Assembly: GCA_963697335.1 (NCBI GenBank)
Contig: CAVONQ010000018.1
Location: 416,001 to 480,000, forward strand
Length of the DNA: 64,000 nt
Reading direction: 5' to 3'
Source: an uncultured cyanobacterium
GTDB lineage: Bacteria; Cyanobacteriota; Cyanobacteriia; PCC-6307; Cyanobiaceae
The position numbers and the translations under genes are program-made. Positions 1 through 11,842 of this stretch are shown piece after piece; the first letter of the stretch is position 1, and the number at the start of each line of letters is the position of its first letter. The notes beneath the pieces were generated by a model that made no database searches, was not told the origin of the DNA, and saw only the letters and a program-made list of their open reading frames with translations.

Positions 1-630
1 GAGCGGGCCCTGCGCCGCAGCGGCCTGCCGGTGAGCTTCAGCGGCGGCTTCCACCCACTGCCCCGGCTGCAGCTGGCCCTGGCGCTGCCGCTTGGAGTGG
101 CGGGCCTGGGGGAATGGCTTGACCTGGAGTTCACCGAGCGGCTCGATCCCGCTGAAGCCCGCCAACGGCTGCAGCAGCAGTTGCCGAGCACGTTTCAGCT
201 GCTCTCGGTGGCCGAGGTGCCCAGCTTCGGCCCCAGCCTCTCCCAGGAACTGGAGGCCTCCCGCTGGCGTCTGGAGCTGCGGCCGCCGGCCGGGGTGGCG
301 CTGCCTGGCCAGGAGCGCTGGCAGCAGGCGATCGCCGCGGTGCTGGGCGCCGACACCCTGCCCTGGCATGACAGCGACAAGAAGGGGCGTCCTCGCAGCC
401 GCGACTGTCGCCCCGTGCTGCGGGATCTGCGTTGGCTCGCCCCCCAGCCCGCCGATGCCGCCAGCGATGGCTCAGCCTGGTTCGAGTTCGAGGCCGCCAT
501 CGATGCCAGCGGCCGCAGCCTGCGGCCGGCCCAGCTGGCCCACTGGCTGGCAGAGCAGCTGGGGATGCCCATCACCTGCGGGGCCATGGAGCGCACGGCC
601 CTGACCCTGCGCGGCGGCCTGATCGCCTGA
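1..630 (+). CDS. Radical SAM-linked protein C-terminal domain (DUF2344/TIGR03936-like), 5'-truncated by window edge
   Basis: Frame is open from base 1; FSGGFHPLPRLQLALALPLG and DKKGRPRSRDCRP motifs; usual position upstream of rne. Confidence 0.8.
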   Translation, partial: ERALRRSGLPVSFSGGFHPLPRLQLALALPLGVAGLGEWLDLEFTERLDPAEARQRLQQQLPSTFQLLSVAEVPSFGPSLSQELEASRWRLELRPPAGVALPGQERWQQAIAAVLGADTLPWHDSDKKGRPRSRDCRPVLRDLRWLAPQPADAASDGSAWFEFEAAIDASGRSLRPAQLAHWLAEQLGMPITCGAMERTALTLRGGLIA

Positions 631-669
631 ATGCGGCGCCGAGCCCACTCAAAATTGAGCAGGCCCCCA

Positions 670-1045
670 TGCTAATTTGCAGCCAAGGCGACAGGCCGTT
701 TGCCTGTGAGCTTCCGCCGCGATTCCGCAGCAACCAGAGCTTTTTCAGCGCAGACCGCAGTCGGCAGCCACCTCCGTTGGCCTGTCCTGCTCCGGGGTTC
801 AGACCCTGGATTTCGCCCCTCCGCTTTCATGTTTTCAATCCATTGAAAGTAGCCGTGCCCAAGGGGCATGGAGATCTTCCAGCAGCATTGCGCAGCTTCG
901 CGCCATTCCAGTTCCATGGCGGCCAAGGCAGGGCCTGGCCCTAACTTCCGCTTTTCGTTCAGCCCTCTGGCCCGAAGGTCTGTCATCGGCCTGCCGGCCC
1001 GCCTCATCCCCTGGCAGGACCCCGTTCGGGTCCACCCCATTCCCC
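670..1045 (+). promoter_or_regulatory. rne promoter and long structured 5' UTR
   Basis: TGcTAATTT extended -10-like at 670-678; hairpins at 691-707, 791-810, 833-848, 853-871 and 1017-1033. Confidence 0.5.
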
Positions 1046-3112
1046 ATGCCCCAGCAGATCGTCATTGCCGAGCAACTGCGCATCGCCGCGGTGCTCAACG
1101 ACGAACGTGTTGATGAATTGATCGTGGCCCAGGGCCGCTATCAGATCGGAGATGTTTACCTCGGCACAGTTGAAAACGTGCTTCCCGGCATCGATGCCGC
1201 CTTTGTCAACATTGGCGAGAGTGAGAAGAATGGCTTCATTCACGTCACCGATCTCGGCCCCCTGAAGTTGAGGAAGGGGGGCTACGGCATCACCGAGATG
1301 CTGGAGCCGCGCCAGAAGGTGCTGGTGCAGGTGATGAAGGAGCCCACCGGCAACAAGGGCCCCCGGCTCACCGGCAACCTCGCCCTGCCCGGCCGCTACC
1401 TGGTGCTCCAGCCCCACGGCCAGGGAGTTAGCATCTCGCGGCGCGTCGACGGCGACAACGAGCGCAACCGGCTGAGGGCCCTGGGCGTGCTGATCAAGCC
1501 CCCCGGGGCCGGCCTGCTGATCCGCACGGAGGCCGAAGGGGTCAGCGAGGACTTGCTGATCGACGACCTCGAGTCGCTGCTGCGCCAATGGGAGGCCATC
1601 CAGACGGCTGCCGAGGACGCCACTCCGCCGGTGCTGCTCAACCGCGACGAAGACTTCGTCCACCGCATCCTGCGCGACCTCTACAGCCCCGACCTGCAGC
1701 GGGTGGTGGTCGACAGCGCCGAGGGGGTGGGCCGGGCCCGGGCCTTCCTCGGCTCTGACCACGGCAATGTGCTGGTGGAGGCCCATGCGGCTCCCACCGA
1801 CATCCTGGATGCCTTCCGGGTCAACGCCGCCATCCATGACGCCCTCAAGCCCAGGGTGGATCTGCCCTCGGGCGGCTACGTGATCATTGAGCCCACCGAG
1901 GCCCTCACGGTCATCGACGTCAACTCGGGCTCGTTCACCCGTTCGGCCAACGCCCGTGAAACGGTGCTCTGGACCAACTGTGAAGCGGCCATCGAGATTG
2001 CCCGCCAACTCAAGCTGCGCAACATCGGCGGGGTCGTGGTGATCGACTTCATCGACATGGAGCTGCGCCGCGACCAGCTGCAGGTGTTGGAGCACTTCAC
2101 CCAGGCGGTCCGCGATGACGCCGCCCGTCCCCAGATCGCCCAGCTCACGGAACTGGGACTGGTGGAGCTCACCCGCAAGCGCCAGGGCCAGAACGTCTAC
2201 GAGCTGTTCGGCCGCGCCTGTCCCAGCTGTGGCGGACTGGGCCATGTGGCCGTGCTGCCCGGCCGGGACAGCCTGCAGCCCCTGGCCAGTGCCGCTGGGC
2301 TGGTGCGGGCGGCGCCGCCGGCGGCCCGCAGCGAGACGGCCACGACGGCCGCGCCCTCCGAGAACGGCCACGGCAGCCGCCGTCGCCGCGGAGGCCGTGG
2401 TGGCGGCCGCAGCCAGGGCGAGCCTTCGGATGCCACGGTGTTCGTGCCGGTGGCCCCGATGCCGGAGCAGGACTCCTCCTACAACGGCTCCGACAGCCCC
2501 AGGTCCGCCACGGAACCGAGTCAGCGGCGCCCCGAGCCTGACGTTCTGGTGGTGCCCATGAGTGAAGACCAGGAGGCGGTGTACGGCTGGCTGGGCCTGA
2601 GTCCTGCCCTGCTGCTGGACAACCCGGAAGCGGCCGAAGCGGCCGTGGTGCGGGTGGTGCGCCCCGGCGAGGATGCCGACACGGTGCTGGAGGCGGCCCG
2701 TCAGGATCTGGCGGCCAGCGGCTCGCGGCGCCGACGGGGTCGTGGGGGTCGAGGCAGCCGTGACACTCAGGTGTCCGGCGAGGAGTCGGCTCGGGGGGGC
2801 ACGGCGACAGCAGCTGCGCCGGTACCAGTCGCTGCTCCAGTGCCCGCACTTGTGGAGATCACCCCCCTGCCGGAGCTGCGGATGGCAGAGGAAACCGTGC
2901 TCACCGTGTCGGTTCCCAGTGTTGCCGCCGCAGAGGCTCCAGCAGAGACACTCGGCGAAAAGGCCGCCCCCAGCCGGGGTCGAAGCCGCCGCCGGGTGGC
3001 TGACTCCCCAGCTGAGACCCAGGCTGTGGCCGCGCCGACGCCCAGGGCAGACGCGGCTCCAGAGGGAGGCGAACCACGCCGCCGCCGCCGCCGCTCCTCG
3101 GCCGCCGTCTAG
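1046..3112 (+). CDS. rne: Ribonuclease E
   Basis: S1 domain ([23 protein letters not shown]), catalytic IDVNSG and IDFIDM, CPSC Zn-link, disordered tail ending RRRRRRSSA. Confidence 0.97.
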   Translation: MPQQIVIAEQLRIAAVLNDERVDELIVAQGRYQIGDVYLGTVENVLPGIDAAFVNIGESEKNGFIHVTDLGPLKLRKGGYGITEMLEPRQKVLVQVMKEPTGNKGPRLTGNLALPGRYLVLQPHGQGVSISRRVDGDNERNRLRALGVLIKPPGAGLLIRTEAEGVSEDLLIDDLESLLRQWEAIQTAAEDATPPVLLNRDEDFVHRILRDLYSPDLQRVVVDSAEGVGRARAFLGSDHGNVLVEAHAAPTDILDAFRVNAAIHDALKPRVDLPSGGYVIIEPTEALTVIDVNSGSFTRSANARETVLWTNCEAAIEIARQLKLRNIGGVVVIDFIDMELRRDQLQVLEHFTQAVRDDAARPQIAQLTELGLVELTRKRQGQNVYELFGRACPSCGGLGHVAVLPGRDSLQPLASAAGLVRAAPPAARSETATTAAPSENGHGSRRRRGGRGGGRSQGEPSDATVFVPVAPMPEQDSSYNGSDSPRSATEPSQRRPEPDVLVVPMSEDQEAVYGWLGLSPALLLDNPEAAEAAVVRVVRPGEDADTVLEAARQDLAASGSRRRRGRGGRGSRDTQVSGEESARGGTATAAAPVPVAAPVPALVEITPLPELRMAEETVLTVSVPSVAAAEAPAETLGEKAAPSRGRSRRRVADSPAETQAVAAPTPRADAAPEGGEPRRRRRRSSAAV

Positions 3113-3117
3113 GCACG

Positions 3118-3750
3118 TTGGCCGCAGACCCCTGGCTGGGATGGCCTCCAGCCCGTTGCGCTGGAGTGGATGAGGTGGGCCGGGGTTGCCTGTTCGGCCC
3201 CGTGTTCGCCGCCGCCGTGGTGCTTGAGACCACCGCGGCGACCGCCTTGCTGGCCCAGGGCCTCACCGACAGCAAGCGGCTCTCCCCCAGGCGTCGCGCC
3301 GCCCTGGTGCCCAAGATCGAGGCCCTCGCCCTCGCCTGGAGCCTGGGCGAGGCCTCGGCGGCCAGCATTGATCAGCACGGCATTCGTGGCGCCACGGAAG
3401 TGGCGATGCTGCAGGCCCTGCAGCGGCTCCCCACGGTGCCTGGGCTGGTGCTGGTGGATGGGGTGCTGCCCCTGCGGGGCTGGCCGGGAGAGCAGGTGTG
3501 CCTTGTGCGGGGTGACAGCCGCCAGCCGGCGATCGCTGCGGCCAGCGTGCTCGCCAAGCAGGCGCGCGACCGGCTGATCAGGGAGCTGGCGGCCTCCTAT
3601 CCGGGCTACGGACTGGAGCGCCACGTGGGCTACGGAACGCCGCAGCATCGGGCCGCCCTGCTGCAGCTGGGACCGACGCCCCTGCACCGCACCAGCTTCC
3701 TGCGCAAGCTCTGGCCCGGCCAGGCTGCCGGGCCTCAGGGCAGCCGCTGA
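3118..3750 (+). CDS. rnhB: Ribonuclease HII
   Basis: [31 protein letters not shown] and HRTSF motifs. Confidence 0.95.
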   Translation: MAADPWLGWPPARCAGVDEVGRGCLFGPVFAAAVVLETTAATALLAQGLTDSKRLSPRRRAALVPKIEALALAWSLGEASAASIDQHGIRGATEVAMLQALQRLPTVPGLVLVDGVLPLRGWPGEQVCLVRGDSRQPAIAAASVLAKQARDRLIRELAASYPGYGLERHVGYGTPQHRAALLQLGPTPLHRTSFLRKLWPGQAAGPQGSR

Positions 3751-4259
3751 TGCTCTTGGCACCAGCTCTCGAAGTCAGCCACCAGTTGCTGGCCCACCCG
3801 GGCCTTCATGCCCAGCAGGATGCTGGCGAGGATCGAGCGCCCCGTGGCCTCCAGCACCTTGTGGGGAATCAGCCGCAGCAGCTGGGGCTGGCCCACGCTC
3901 ACGGCCAGGTTGGCCTCGCCGGCGAGCCCCTCGTCACCCGCCTCCAGCCAGGAGCCCAGCCTGAGCTGGAAGTCGTCCACCAGGCCGAGGCCCTCCAGCT
4001 GGCAGTCGCTGGCCACCAGCTCCAGCCGCCCGGGCTCGAGGTGGGTGCGGAGGTCCACCACCGGCTGAACCTTCAGCTGGAACACCTCCAGGCGGCTCAC
4101 GGCGTAGCGGTAGTGCCCTGGCCCCAACCGCTCCAGCTGGCTGGGGTCGAGCAGCGCCTTCACCACCCGGTCTTCATCCGCCAGGTAGCCAGCGAGCCGC
4201 TGCTGCTCCTGCCGCACTCCAAGTTGCAGTTGCTGACTGGCTCGGAAGGCCAGGGGCAT
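3735..4259 (-). CDS. DUF1997 family protein
   Basis: Start [11 protein letters not shown] at ATG 4259; C-terminal [11 protein letters not shown]; typical position between rnhB and pheA. Confidence 0.75.
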   Translation of the reverse strand: MPLAFRASQQLQLGVRQEQQRLAGYLADEDRVVKALLDPSQLERLGPGHYRYAVSRLEVFQLKVQPVVDLRTHLEPGRLELVASDCQLEGLGLVDDFQLRLGSWLEAGDEGLAGEANLAVSVGQPQLLRLIPHKVLEATGRSILASILLGMKARVGQQLVADFESWCQEHQRLP

Positions 4260-4328
4260 GGCCTGAGGGCCGGCGCGGCATGATCTTATCGGTCGCCCCG
4301 CGGGGCTCCTGTCCCCCTGACGGTTGTG

Positions 4329-5159
4329 ATGCGCGTTGCCTTTCTGGGTCCCAGCGGCACCTATGCCGAGCAGGCCACCCAGCAGCTGGTGGCCCTCGAG
4401 GGCCTCACCCAGGCGGAACTGGTGCCCCAGCTCGGAATCCGGGCGGTGGTTCAGGCCCTGGCCCACGGCGACTGCGCCGCGGCCGTGGTGCCGGTGGAGA
4501 ACTCCGTCGAGGGCGGGGTCACCACCTGCCTCGATGCCCTCTGGGAGCATCCCGACCTCACCATCGCCCATGCCCTGGTGCTGCCGGTGCGCCATGCCCT
4601 GGTGGGCAACGGCAGCCTGGAGGGGATCAGTGAGGTGCTCTCCCATCCCCAGGCTCTGGCCCAGTGCGCCCAGTGGCTGGCGGAGCACCTGCCGCGGGCC
4701 CTGCAGCTGCCCACCAGCTCCACCGCCGATGCGGCACGGATGGTGGCCGGCAGCCGCTTCCGGGCCGCGGTCGCCTCGCAGCAGGCGGCCGCCGAGCACA
4801 ACCTCCAGGTGCTGGCCTATCCCGTCAACGACGTTCCGGGTAACTGCACGCGCTTCCTGCTGCTGCGCCGCGGCACCCGCTCCCATGCCGGTGCCCTGGC
4901 CAGCCTGGCCTACTCGCTGCACTCGAACCAGCCCGGCGCCCTGCTGGAAGCTCTGGGCTGTTTTGCCCGCCGCGGCCTCAACATGAGCCGGATCGAATCG
5001 CGCCCATCGAAACGGGAGATGGGCGAGTACATCTTTTTCGTGGATCTGGAGCTCTCCGGGGGGCCTGAGGTGCTCGAGGCGGTCCTCGACGACCTACGCC
5101 CCCTCTGCGAGCACCTGGCCCTGTTCGGCGCCTATCCGATCACCAGCCGGGTGTCGTAG
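4329..5159 (+). CDS. pheA: Prephenate dehydratase
   Basis: AFLGPSGTY, PVENSVEG, SHPQALAQC, NCTRF and ACT-domain IESRP. Confidence 0.96.
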   Translation: MRVAFLGPSGTYAEQATQQLVALEGLTQAELVPQLGIRAVVQALAHGDCAAAVVPVENSVEGGVTTCLDALWEHPDLTIAHALVLPVRHALVGNGSLEGISEVLSHPQALAQCAQWLAEHLPRALQLPTSSTADAARMVAGSRFRAAVASQQAAAEHNLQVLAYPVNDVPGNCTRFLLLRRGTRSHAGALASLAYSLHSNQPGALLEALGCFARRGLNMSRIESRPSKREMGEYIFFVDLELSGGPEVLEAVLDDLRPLCEHLALFGAYPITSRVS

Positions 5160-6162
5160 CCGCACCAGCTGTCCTTGCGCTGCCCTCCCGCCCCTCCAGG
5201 GGCTTGTGGCCCCGGAAGACGCCGAACTGCATCAGTCCGCTGCGAAAGGCCCAGTCCATCAGCAGGATCGTCGGCGTCTCGCGCAGGCCCTGCAGCACTG
5301 CAACCGGCCCCAGGCCGAGGATGGCTCCAGGCCGGCGCAGGCCCTCCAGGATCGAGTCAATCCAGGAGGGCTGGGTAGCCGCCGTCCAGTCGGCGCTCTC
5401 CACGGCCATTCCGCCCGCCCAGGGACTGCTGCCGAGGTTAGCCCGAAGCGAGCGGATGCTGGCGAACTCCGGATGGGCCCACTGCTCCAGCAGCTGTCGC
5501 ATCACCCAGCGTTCGCGCCGATTCATGGCCCCGTCGCCGGGATCGCGCCGGTTCCAGTCGGCCACGGCCAGGAGGCCTCCGGGGCGCAGGCTGCGCAGCA
5601 GTCCATCGGCATAGCCCTGCTTGTCGGGCATGTGGGGTGAGGCCTCCACACTCCACACAGCGTCAAAGCTGCCGGGTTCCACCTCCAGCGCCATGGCGTC
5701 CATCACGGCGAAGCGGCAGTGCTGGCTCAGAGGAGCTGGCGTGAGCTGGCGTGCCCTCTCGATCTGCAGCGGAGAGATGCTGATGCCGAGAACATCGAGG
5801 CCATAGTCGCGGGCAAGGATGCGGGCACTGCCGCCGATCCCGCAGCCCACATCGAGCACCCGACTGCCTGGCGGCAGCTGGTCCAGGCCGCTCCAGCGTG
5901 CCAGTTGATGCACGAAGTCGGCCTTGGCCTGGCGGAAATCCCGGCTGCCGGGCCGGCCTGGCGGCTCGCCGTAGTGGCCCAGATGGATGTGCTCGCCCCA
6001 GAGGCGTTCCAGCAGGGCGTCCTGGGTCCAGCGGTCGTAGGCCGCGGCCACGCTGGCGGAATCCTGATAACGGCGGCTGCGGCGCAGCCAGAGGGCTGCC
6101 GCTGCAGCGGCGGCTGTGGCCAGGCCCACGCCGGCTGCCACAGGCCAACTGATCGAGGGCAT
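5140..6162 (-). CDS. SAM-dependent methyltransferase (cyanobacterial MPBQ/MSBQ / tocopherol-pathway type)
   Basis: WGEHIHLGHY, VLDVGCGIGG and FDAVWSVE motifs; N-terminal hydrophobic anchor. Confidence 0.8.
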   Translation of the reverse strand: MPSISWPVAAGVGLATAAAAAAALWLRRSRRYQDSASVAAAYDRWTQDALLERLWGEHIHLGHYGEPPGRPGSRDFRQAKADFVHQLARWSGLDQLPPGSRVLDVGCGIGGSARILARDYGLDVLGISISPLQIERARQLTPAPLSQHCRFAVMDAMALEVEPGSFDAVWSVEASPHMPDKQGYADGLLRSLRPGGLLAVADWNRRDPGDGAMNRRERWVMRQLLEQWAHPEFASIRSLRANLGSSPWAGGMAVESADWTAATQPSWIDSILEGLRRPGAILGLGPVAVLQGLRETPTILLMDWAFRSGLMQFGVFRGHKPLEGREGSARTAGAATTPGW

Positions 6163-6202
6163 CGCGGATGCAGAGGGATGGGGGGCGGCAGGGGGAGAGA
6201 CG

Positions 6203-6850
6203 TTACTGGGGTTGAAAGGTGTCCTTCAGCACCGTCCGGGCCGCCAGCTGACGCCGGGTCTGATCCAGCAGGTCGTACTCCTGGCGCAGCCGTTCGCCCG
6301 TGTCGGTGAGTTCCAGAAGGGCCTGCTGGTGATCGGCGACGGGGCCGCCCAGGTGGGAGCCGATCCAGAACGAGAGCTCCCGGGGCAGGTCGGGCAGGTC
6401 GCTCGGCAGGCTGGCTGGCTTGCCCACCAGCTTCGCGGTGAGTTCCACCACGTCGCGCAGGGCCTGATCCACGCTGCCGGCCAGGGTCTGCAGCTCTTCT
6501 GGGGATTCGGGATCTTCGTCTTCGATCCAGCTCACCAGGCCCACCCGAAACGGAGCTTCCCGCACGATATCCAGCACCCGGAAGCGCTGCTGCCCCATCG
6601 TCACGATGTTGCTGCGGTCGTCGTCCTGGGTCTGGCAGTGGATGATTTCGGCACAGCAGCCGATGTCCGCCATCTCCTGCGACTTGGGATCCCAACGCAC
6701 CACCCCGAAGCGGCGGTCTTCGGCCATCACGGTGCGCAGCAGCATCCGGTAGCGGGGCTCGAAGATATGGAGAGGCAGCACTTCCTGAGGGAAGAGCACC
6801 ACGTCAGGCAGGGGGAAGAGCGGCAGCTCCCTTACGGCCAGTTCACCCAT
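6203..6850 (-). CDS. Stand-alone Lon protease N-terminal substrate-binding domain protein
   Basis: LPLFPLPDVVLFP..LPLHIFEPRYR; no ATPase or protease domain. Confidence 0.9.
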   Translation of the reverse strand: MGELAVRELPLFPLPDVVLFPQEVLPLHIFEPRYRMLLRTVMAEDRRFGVVRWDPKSQEMADIGCCAEIIHCQTQDDDRSNIVTMGQQRFRVLDIVREAPFRVGLVSWIEDEDPESPEELQTLAGSVDQALRDVVELTAKLVGKPASLPSDLPDLPRELSFWIGSHLGGPVADHQQALLELTDTGERLRQEYDLLDQTRRQLAARTVLKDTFQPQ

Positions 6851-6937
6851 GGCGAGTTGAGGAGTTGCAAGGCCATCCTAGGAACAAGGTCCAGGCGCCG
6901 CGCCCTGTCAGGCTTGGCAGGGGCCGCAGGATATGGC

Positions 6938-7258
6938 TCAGAGCTTCACCTCGATGTCCACACCGCTGGGCAGATCGAGCTTCATCAGAGCGTCGATCGT
7001 CTTGGCAGAGGGGCTGTAGATGTCGATGATGCGCCGGTGGGTGCGGGTTTCGAAGTGCTCCCGGGAATCCTTGTCCACGTGGGGCGAGCGCAGCACGCAG
7101 TAAATCTTGCGCTTGGTCGGCAGGGGGATCGGACCGATCGCCGTGGCTGCTGTGTGGTCAGCCGTTTCAATGATTTTTTCGCAGGAGAGATCGAGCATGC
7201 GGCGATCAAACGCCTTCAGGCGAATGCGGATCTTCTGCTGGGGGATGGCGGTGGACAT
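6938..7258 (-). CDS. rpsJ: 30S ribosomal protein S10
   Basis: [30 protein letters not shown]. Confidence 0.98.
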   Translation of the reverse strand: MSTAIPQQKIRIRLKAFDRRMLDLSCEKIIETADHTAATAIGPIPLPTKRKIYCVLRSPHVDKDSREHFETRTHRRIIDIYSPSAKTIDALMKLDLPSGVDIEVKL

Positions 7259-7328
7259 GGGGATCAAAGGCTGGCCGGATGGCGCAGGAAGAAACGTCCT
7301 TGGACGGCGGTGATGGCTGAGCAGTGAA

Positions 7329-7359
7329 TGCGTTGACCCCCAAGGGGGATTTCAACACA
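7329..7359 (-). other. Stem-loop in the tuf-rpsJ spacer (processing or attenuation candidate)
   Basis: Minus strand TGTGTTGA-aat-CCCCC-TT-GGGGG-TCAACGCA; no clear U-tract. Confidence 0.45.
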
Positions 7360-7440
7360 GGATTGTCGATGTTCTGGTTCCGGAGGCGGAACGGGGAGGG
7401 GACAGCGAGACAGGATCTGCCTGGCTGCCCCCGGTCGGGT

Positions 7441-8640
7441 TCAGGCGATGATCTTCGACACCACGCCGGCACCGATGGTGCGGCCGCCCTCACGAATGGC
7501 GAAGCGCATGCCCTGCTCGATGGCCACAGGGCAGATCAGCTCACCGGTCATTTTGATGCGGTCGCCTGGCATCACCATTTCCACGTTGGAGCCGTCGTCC
7601 GCGGTGAAGGCGGTGATCTGGCCGGTCACGTCCGTCGTACGGATGTAGAACTGCGGCCGGTAGCCGGCGAAGAAGGGGGTGTGGCGACCGCCCTCTTCCT
7701 TCTTGAGCACATACACCTCACCTTCGAACTTGGTGTGGGGGGTGATCGAACCGGGCTTGATCAGCACCATGCCGCGCTCGATGTCCTCCTTCTGGATGCC
7801 GCGCAGCAGCAGACCCACGTTGTCACCTGCCATGCCCTCGTCGAGGAGCTTGCGGAACATCTCCACACCGGTCACGGTGCTCTTGCGGGTGTCTCTGATT
7901 CCCACGATCTCGATTTCCTCGCCCACCTTCACCTTGCCGCGCTCGATCCGGCCCGTGGCCACGGTGCCGCGACCGGTGATCGAGAACACGTCCTCGACCG
8001 CCATCAGGAATGGCTTGTCAATCTCGCGCTCCGGCTCGGGGATGGAGGCATCCACGGCTTCCATCAGTTCATTGATCTTGCCTTCCCACTCGGCATCGCC
8101 TTCGAGCGCCTTGAGGCCGGACACCTGGATCACGGGGATGTCGTCGCCGGGGAAGTCGTAGCTGCTCAGCAGCTCGCGCACTTCCAGTTCCACCAGCTCG
8201 AGAATCTCCTCGTCATCCACCATGTCGCATTTGTTGAGTGCAACCACGAGGGCCGGCACGCCCACCTGCTTGGCCAGCAGGATGTGCTCCTTGGTCTGGG
8301 CCATCGGGCCGTCGGTGGCAGCCACCACCAGGATGGCACCGTCCATCTGGGCGGCACCGGTGATCATGTTCTTCACGTAGTCCGCGTGACCGGGGCAGTC
8401 GACGTGGGCGTAGTGACGGTTGTCGGTTTCGTACTCGACGTGGGCGGTGTTGATCGTGATGCCGCGCTCGCGCTCTTCAGGGGCGCCGTCGATCTGGTCG
8501 TAGGCCTGGGCCTTCGCGAAACCTTTTTTCGCCAGCACATTGGTGATGGCGGCCGTGAGGGTGGTTTTGCCGTGGTCAACGTGGCCGATGGTGCCGATGT
8601 TGACGTGGGGTTTGTTCCTTTCGAACTTTTCGCGAGCCAT
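7441..8640 (-). CDS. tuf: Elongation factor Tu
   Basis: [39 protein letters not shown]. Confidence 0.99.
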   Translation of the reverse strand: MAREKFERNKPHVNIGTIGHVDHGKTTLTAAITNVLAKKGFAKAQAYDQIDGAPEERERGITINTAHVEYETDNRHYAHVDCPGHADYVKNMITGAAQMDGAILVVAATDGPMAQTKEHILLAKQVGVPALVVALNKCDMVDDEEILELVELEVRELLSSYDFPGDDIPVIQVSGLKALEGDAEWEGKINELMEAVDASIPEPEREIDKPFLMAVEDVFSITGRGTVATGRIERGKVKVGEEIEIVGIRDTRKSTVTGVEMFRKLLDEGMAGDNVGLLLRGIQKEDIERGMVLIKPGSITPHTKFEGEVYVLKKEEGGRHTPFFAGYRPQFYIRTTDVTGQITAFTADDGSNVEMVMPGDRIKMTGELICPVAIEQGMRFAIREGGRTIGAGVVSKIIA

Positions 8641-8680
8641 GGGAGGAAAGAATCGGGGGGGTTGTTGGGTAGGGTGAAGA

Positions 8681-10756
8681 TCAGGACTTGCCCTGATTCT
8701 TGGAGATGATGGCCTCGGCCACATTGCGAGGAACTTCCTCGTAATGGCTGAACTCCATCGAGAAGATACCCCGACCCTGGGTCATGGATCGGAGCTGGGT
8801 GGCGTAGCCGAACATCTCGGCTAGGGGCACCTTGGACTGGACTTTGGATCGTCCATCATCGATGGACTGTCCTTCGACCTGACCACGGCGAGAGGAAAGG
8901 TCGCCGATCACGGATCCGAGGAAATCCTCAGGGATCTCGACCTCGACCTTCATCATTGGTTCAAGCAGCACAGGATTGCACTTCTTGACGCCGTCTTTGA
9001 AGGCCATGGAGCCGGCGATCTTGAACGCCATCTCAGAAGAGTCGACGTCGTGATAAGAGCCATCCACCATGGTGACCCTCACGTCGATCATGGGGTAGCC
9101 CGCGATCACACCGGATTCGCAAGTTTCCTTCATGCCGGCTTCGGCCGGGCCGATGTACTCCTTGGGCACGATGCCACCAACAATCTTGTTGACGAACTCA
9201 AAGCCTGTGCCCGGTTCGCCGGGCTCCATCTCGATCACGACATGGCCGTACTGGCCCTTGCCGCCCGTTTGACGGGCGAACTTGCCTTCACCCTTGGCGC
9301 TGGCTCGGATCGTTTCCCGGTAGGACACCTGGGGAGCACCGATGTTGGCCTCCACCTTGAACTCGCGCAGCATCCTGTCCACCAGGATCTCCAGGTGGAG
9401 TTCTCCCATGCCGGCGATCACGGTCTGGTTGGTTTCCGGATCGGTTGACACCCTGAAGGTGGGATCCTCTTCCGAGAGCGATTGGAGGGCCTTGGACAGT
9501 TTGTCCATGTCGCCCTTGGTCTTGGGCTCCACGGCCACCGAAATCACGGGCTCGGGGATGTATAGCGACTCGAGGATGATCGGATCGCTGTCCACGCAGA
9601 GGGTGTCGCCGGTGGTGGTGTCCTTGAGGCCGAGCACGGCACCGAGGTCGCCAGCGCGAAGTTCATCCACCTCTTCACGATCATCGGCTTTGAGGATGAT
9701 CAGCCGCGAGATACGCTCCTTTTGGTCCTTGGTGGAGTTCAGGACATAGCTGCCCTTCTGCAGAACGCCGGAGTAAATCCGCACGAAGGTGAGCTTGCCG
9801 AAGGGATCGGCCATCACCTTGAAGGCCAGGGCACTGAAGGGTGCGCTGTCTTCGGCGGGGCGCAGGGCCTCACTGCCATCGGGCAGCAGGCCCTGGATCG
9901 GAGGCACGTCGATCGGGGCGGGGAGATAATCGACCACCGCATCCAGCAGCAGCTGCACGCCTTTGTTCTTGAAGGCAGAGCCACACAGCATGGGCACCAG
10001 GCCGTGCTTGAGCACGCCGGTGCGGATGCCCTTGCGCAGCTGCTCATCGCTGAGCTCGCCGGTTTCGAGAAACACCTCCACCAGATCTTCATCGGTTTCG
10101 GCGACCGACTCCATCAGCTTGTTGCGCCAGTGGGCGGCTTCCTCAGCCATGGAGGCGGGGATGTCGGTCTCCTCGATGTCCTTGCCGAGCTCATCTTTGT
10201 AGATGAACGCCCGGTTCTTGACCAGATCCACGATGCCGCTCAGTTCACCCTCGGCGCCGATCGGCAATTGGATCGGTGCTGCGCTGGCCTTGAGGCGATC
10301 CTTGATCTGCTCGTAGACCTTGAGGAAGTCGGCCCCGGTGCGGTCCATCTTGTTGACGAACACCATGCGGGGGACTTTGTAGCGATCCGCTTGGCGCCAC
10401 ACGGTTTCCGACTGGGGCTGGACGCCGCCCACGGCACAGAAAACGGCGATCACACCGTCGAGCACCCGCATCGAACGCTCCACCTCAATGGTGAAGTCGA
10501 CGTGACCGGGGGTATCGATGATGTTGATGCGGTGGTCTTTCCAACTGGTGGAAATGGCCGCCGCCGTGATCGTGATGCCCCGCTCACGCTCCTGGGCCAT
10601 CCAGTCGGTGACGGCGGCGCCGTCGTGCACCTCGCCGATCTTGTGGACCACCCCGGAGTAAAACAGGATCCGCTCGGTGGTGGTTGTCTTGCCCGCGTCG
10701 ATATGGGCGGCAATGCCGATATTTCTGACGCGTTCCAGTGGAAAGGCGCGAGCCAC
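8681..10756 (-). CDS. fusA: Elongation factor G
   Basis: [30 protein letters not shown] start. Confidence 0.99.
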   Translation of the reverse strand: MARAFPLERVRNIGIAAHIDAGKTTTTERILFYSGVVHKIGEVHDGAAVTDWMAQERERGITITAAAISTSWKDHRINIIDTPGHVDFTIEVERSMRVLDGVIAVFCAVGGVQPQSETVWRQADRYKVPRMVFVNKMDRTGADFLKVYEQIKDRLKASAAPIQLPIGAEGELSGIVDLVKNRAFIYKDELGKDIEETDIPASMAEEAAHWRNKLMESVAETDEDLVEVFLETGELSDEQLRKGIRTGVLKHGLVPMLCGSAFKNKGVQLLLDAVVDYLPAPIDVPPIQGLLPDGSEALRPAEDSAPFSALAFKVMADPFGKLTFVRIYSGVLQKGSYVLNSTKDQKERISRLIILKADDREEVDELRAGDLGAVLGLKDTTTGDTLCVDSDPIILESLYIPEPVISVAVEPKTKGDMDKLSKALQSLSEEDPTFRVSTDPETNQTVIAGMGELHLEILVDRMLREFKVEANIGAPQVSYRETIRASAKGEGKFARQTGGKGQYGHVVIEMEPGEPGTGFEFVNKIVGGIVPKEYIGPAEAGMKETCESGVIAGYPMIDVRVTMVDGSYHDVDSSEMAFKIAGSMAFKDGVKKCNPVLLEPMMKVEVEIPEDFLGSVIGDLSSRRGQVEGQSIDDGRSKVQSKVPLAEMFGYATQLRSMTQGRGIFSMEFSHYEEVPRNVAEAIISKNQGKS

Positions 10757-10841
10757 GGGGAATGTCTCCGAAGGGTCTACAAAAAACGGTTCGTATCCTA
10801 CTGATCAGCCTGCGGGCCGAGGCCCGAGCACGCTGCCGCGA

Positions 10842-11312
10842 TCAGTAGCGGTAGTGGGCGAAGGCCTTGTTGGCCTCGGCCATCTTGTGGGTCTCTTCCC
10901 GCTTGCGCACGGCGCTGCCGGCCTCGTTGGCGGCATCCATCAGCTCACCGGCGAGCTTCTGGGCCATGCTGCGGCCGTTGCGGGCCCGCGAGAAGTTGAC
11001 CAGCCAGCGCAGGGCCATGGCGGTGCCCCGTTCCTGCCGCACTTCCATCGGCACCTGGTAAGTGGCGCCACCCACGCGGCGGGCCCGCACCTCCACCAGC
11101 GGGGTGGCGTTGCGAACGGCGGTTTCGAACAGCTCCAGGGGATCGGAGCCGGTGCGCTCGTTGATCATCGAGAACGCATCGGAGAGGATGCGCTGGGCCG
11201 TGGACTTCTTGCCGTGCTTCATCAGCCGGGCCACGATCATCGAGGCCAGGCGGCTGTTGAACTGGGGATCGGGCAGGATCGGTCGCTTTTCGGCGGCGTT
11301 GCGGCGGGACAT
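10842..11312 (-). CDS. rpsG: 30S ribosomal protein S7
   Basis: [23 protein letters not shown]. Confidence 0.99.
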   Translation of the reverse strand: MSRRNAAEKRPILPDPQFNSRLASMIVARLMKHGKKSTAQRILSDAFSMINERTGSDPLELFETAVRNATPLVEVRARRVGGATYQVPMEVRQERGTAMALRWLVNFSRARNGRSMAQKLAGELMDAANEAGSAVRKREETHKMAEANKAFAHYRY

Positions 11313-11398
11313 CGGGATTGCGAGGTGCTGGGAGAATCAAGGGGACCCGGCAGGAGGGGGCCGGCCCTGGGCCGTGCCTGTCGCCTGCTGGGGTCAGG

Positions 11399-11773
<375 letters not shown>

Positions 11774-11842
11774 CGAGGGCCGGAGAAGACAGGTCGGACG
11801 TCCGACCGATTGCGACAATCCGCCACCTTACTGGGTCGCCCG

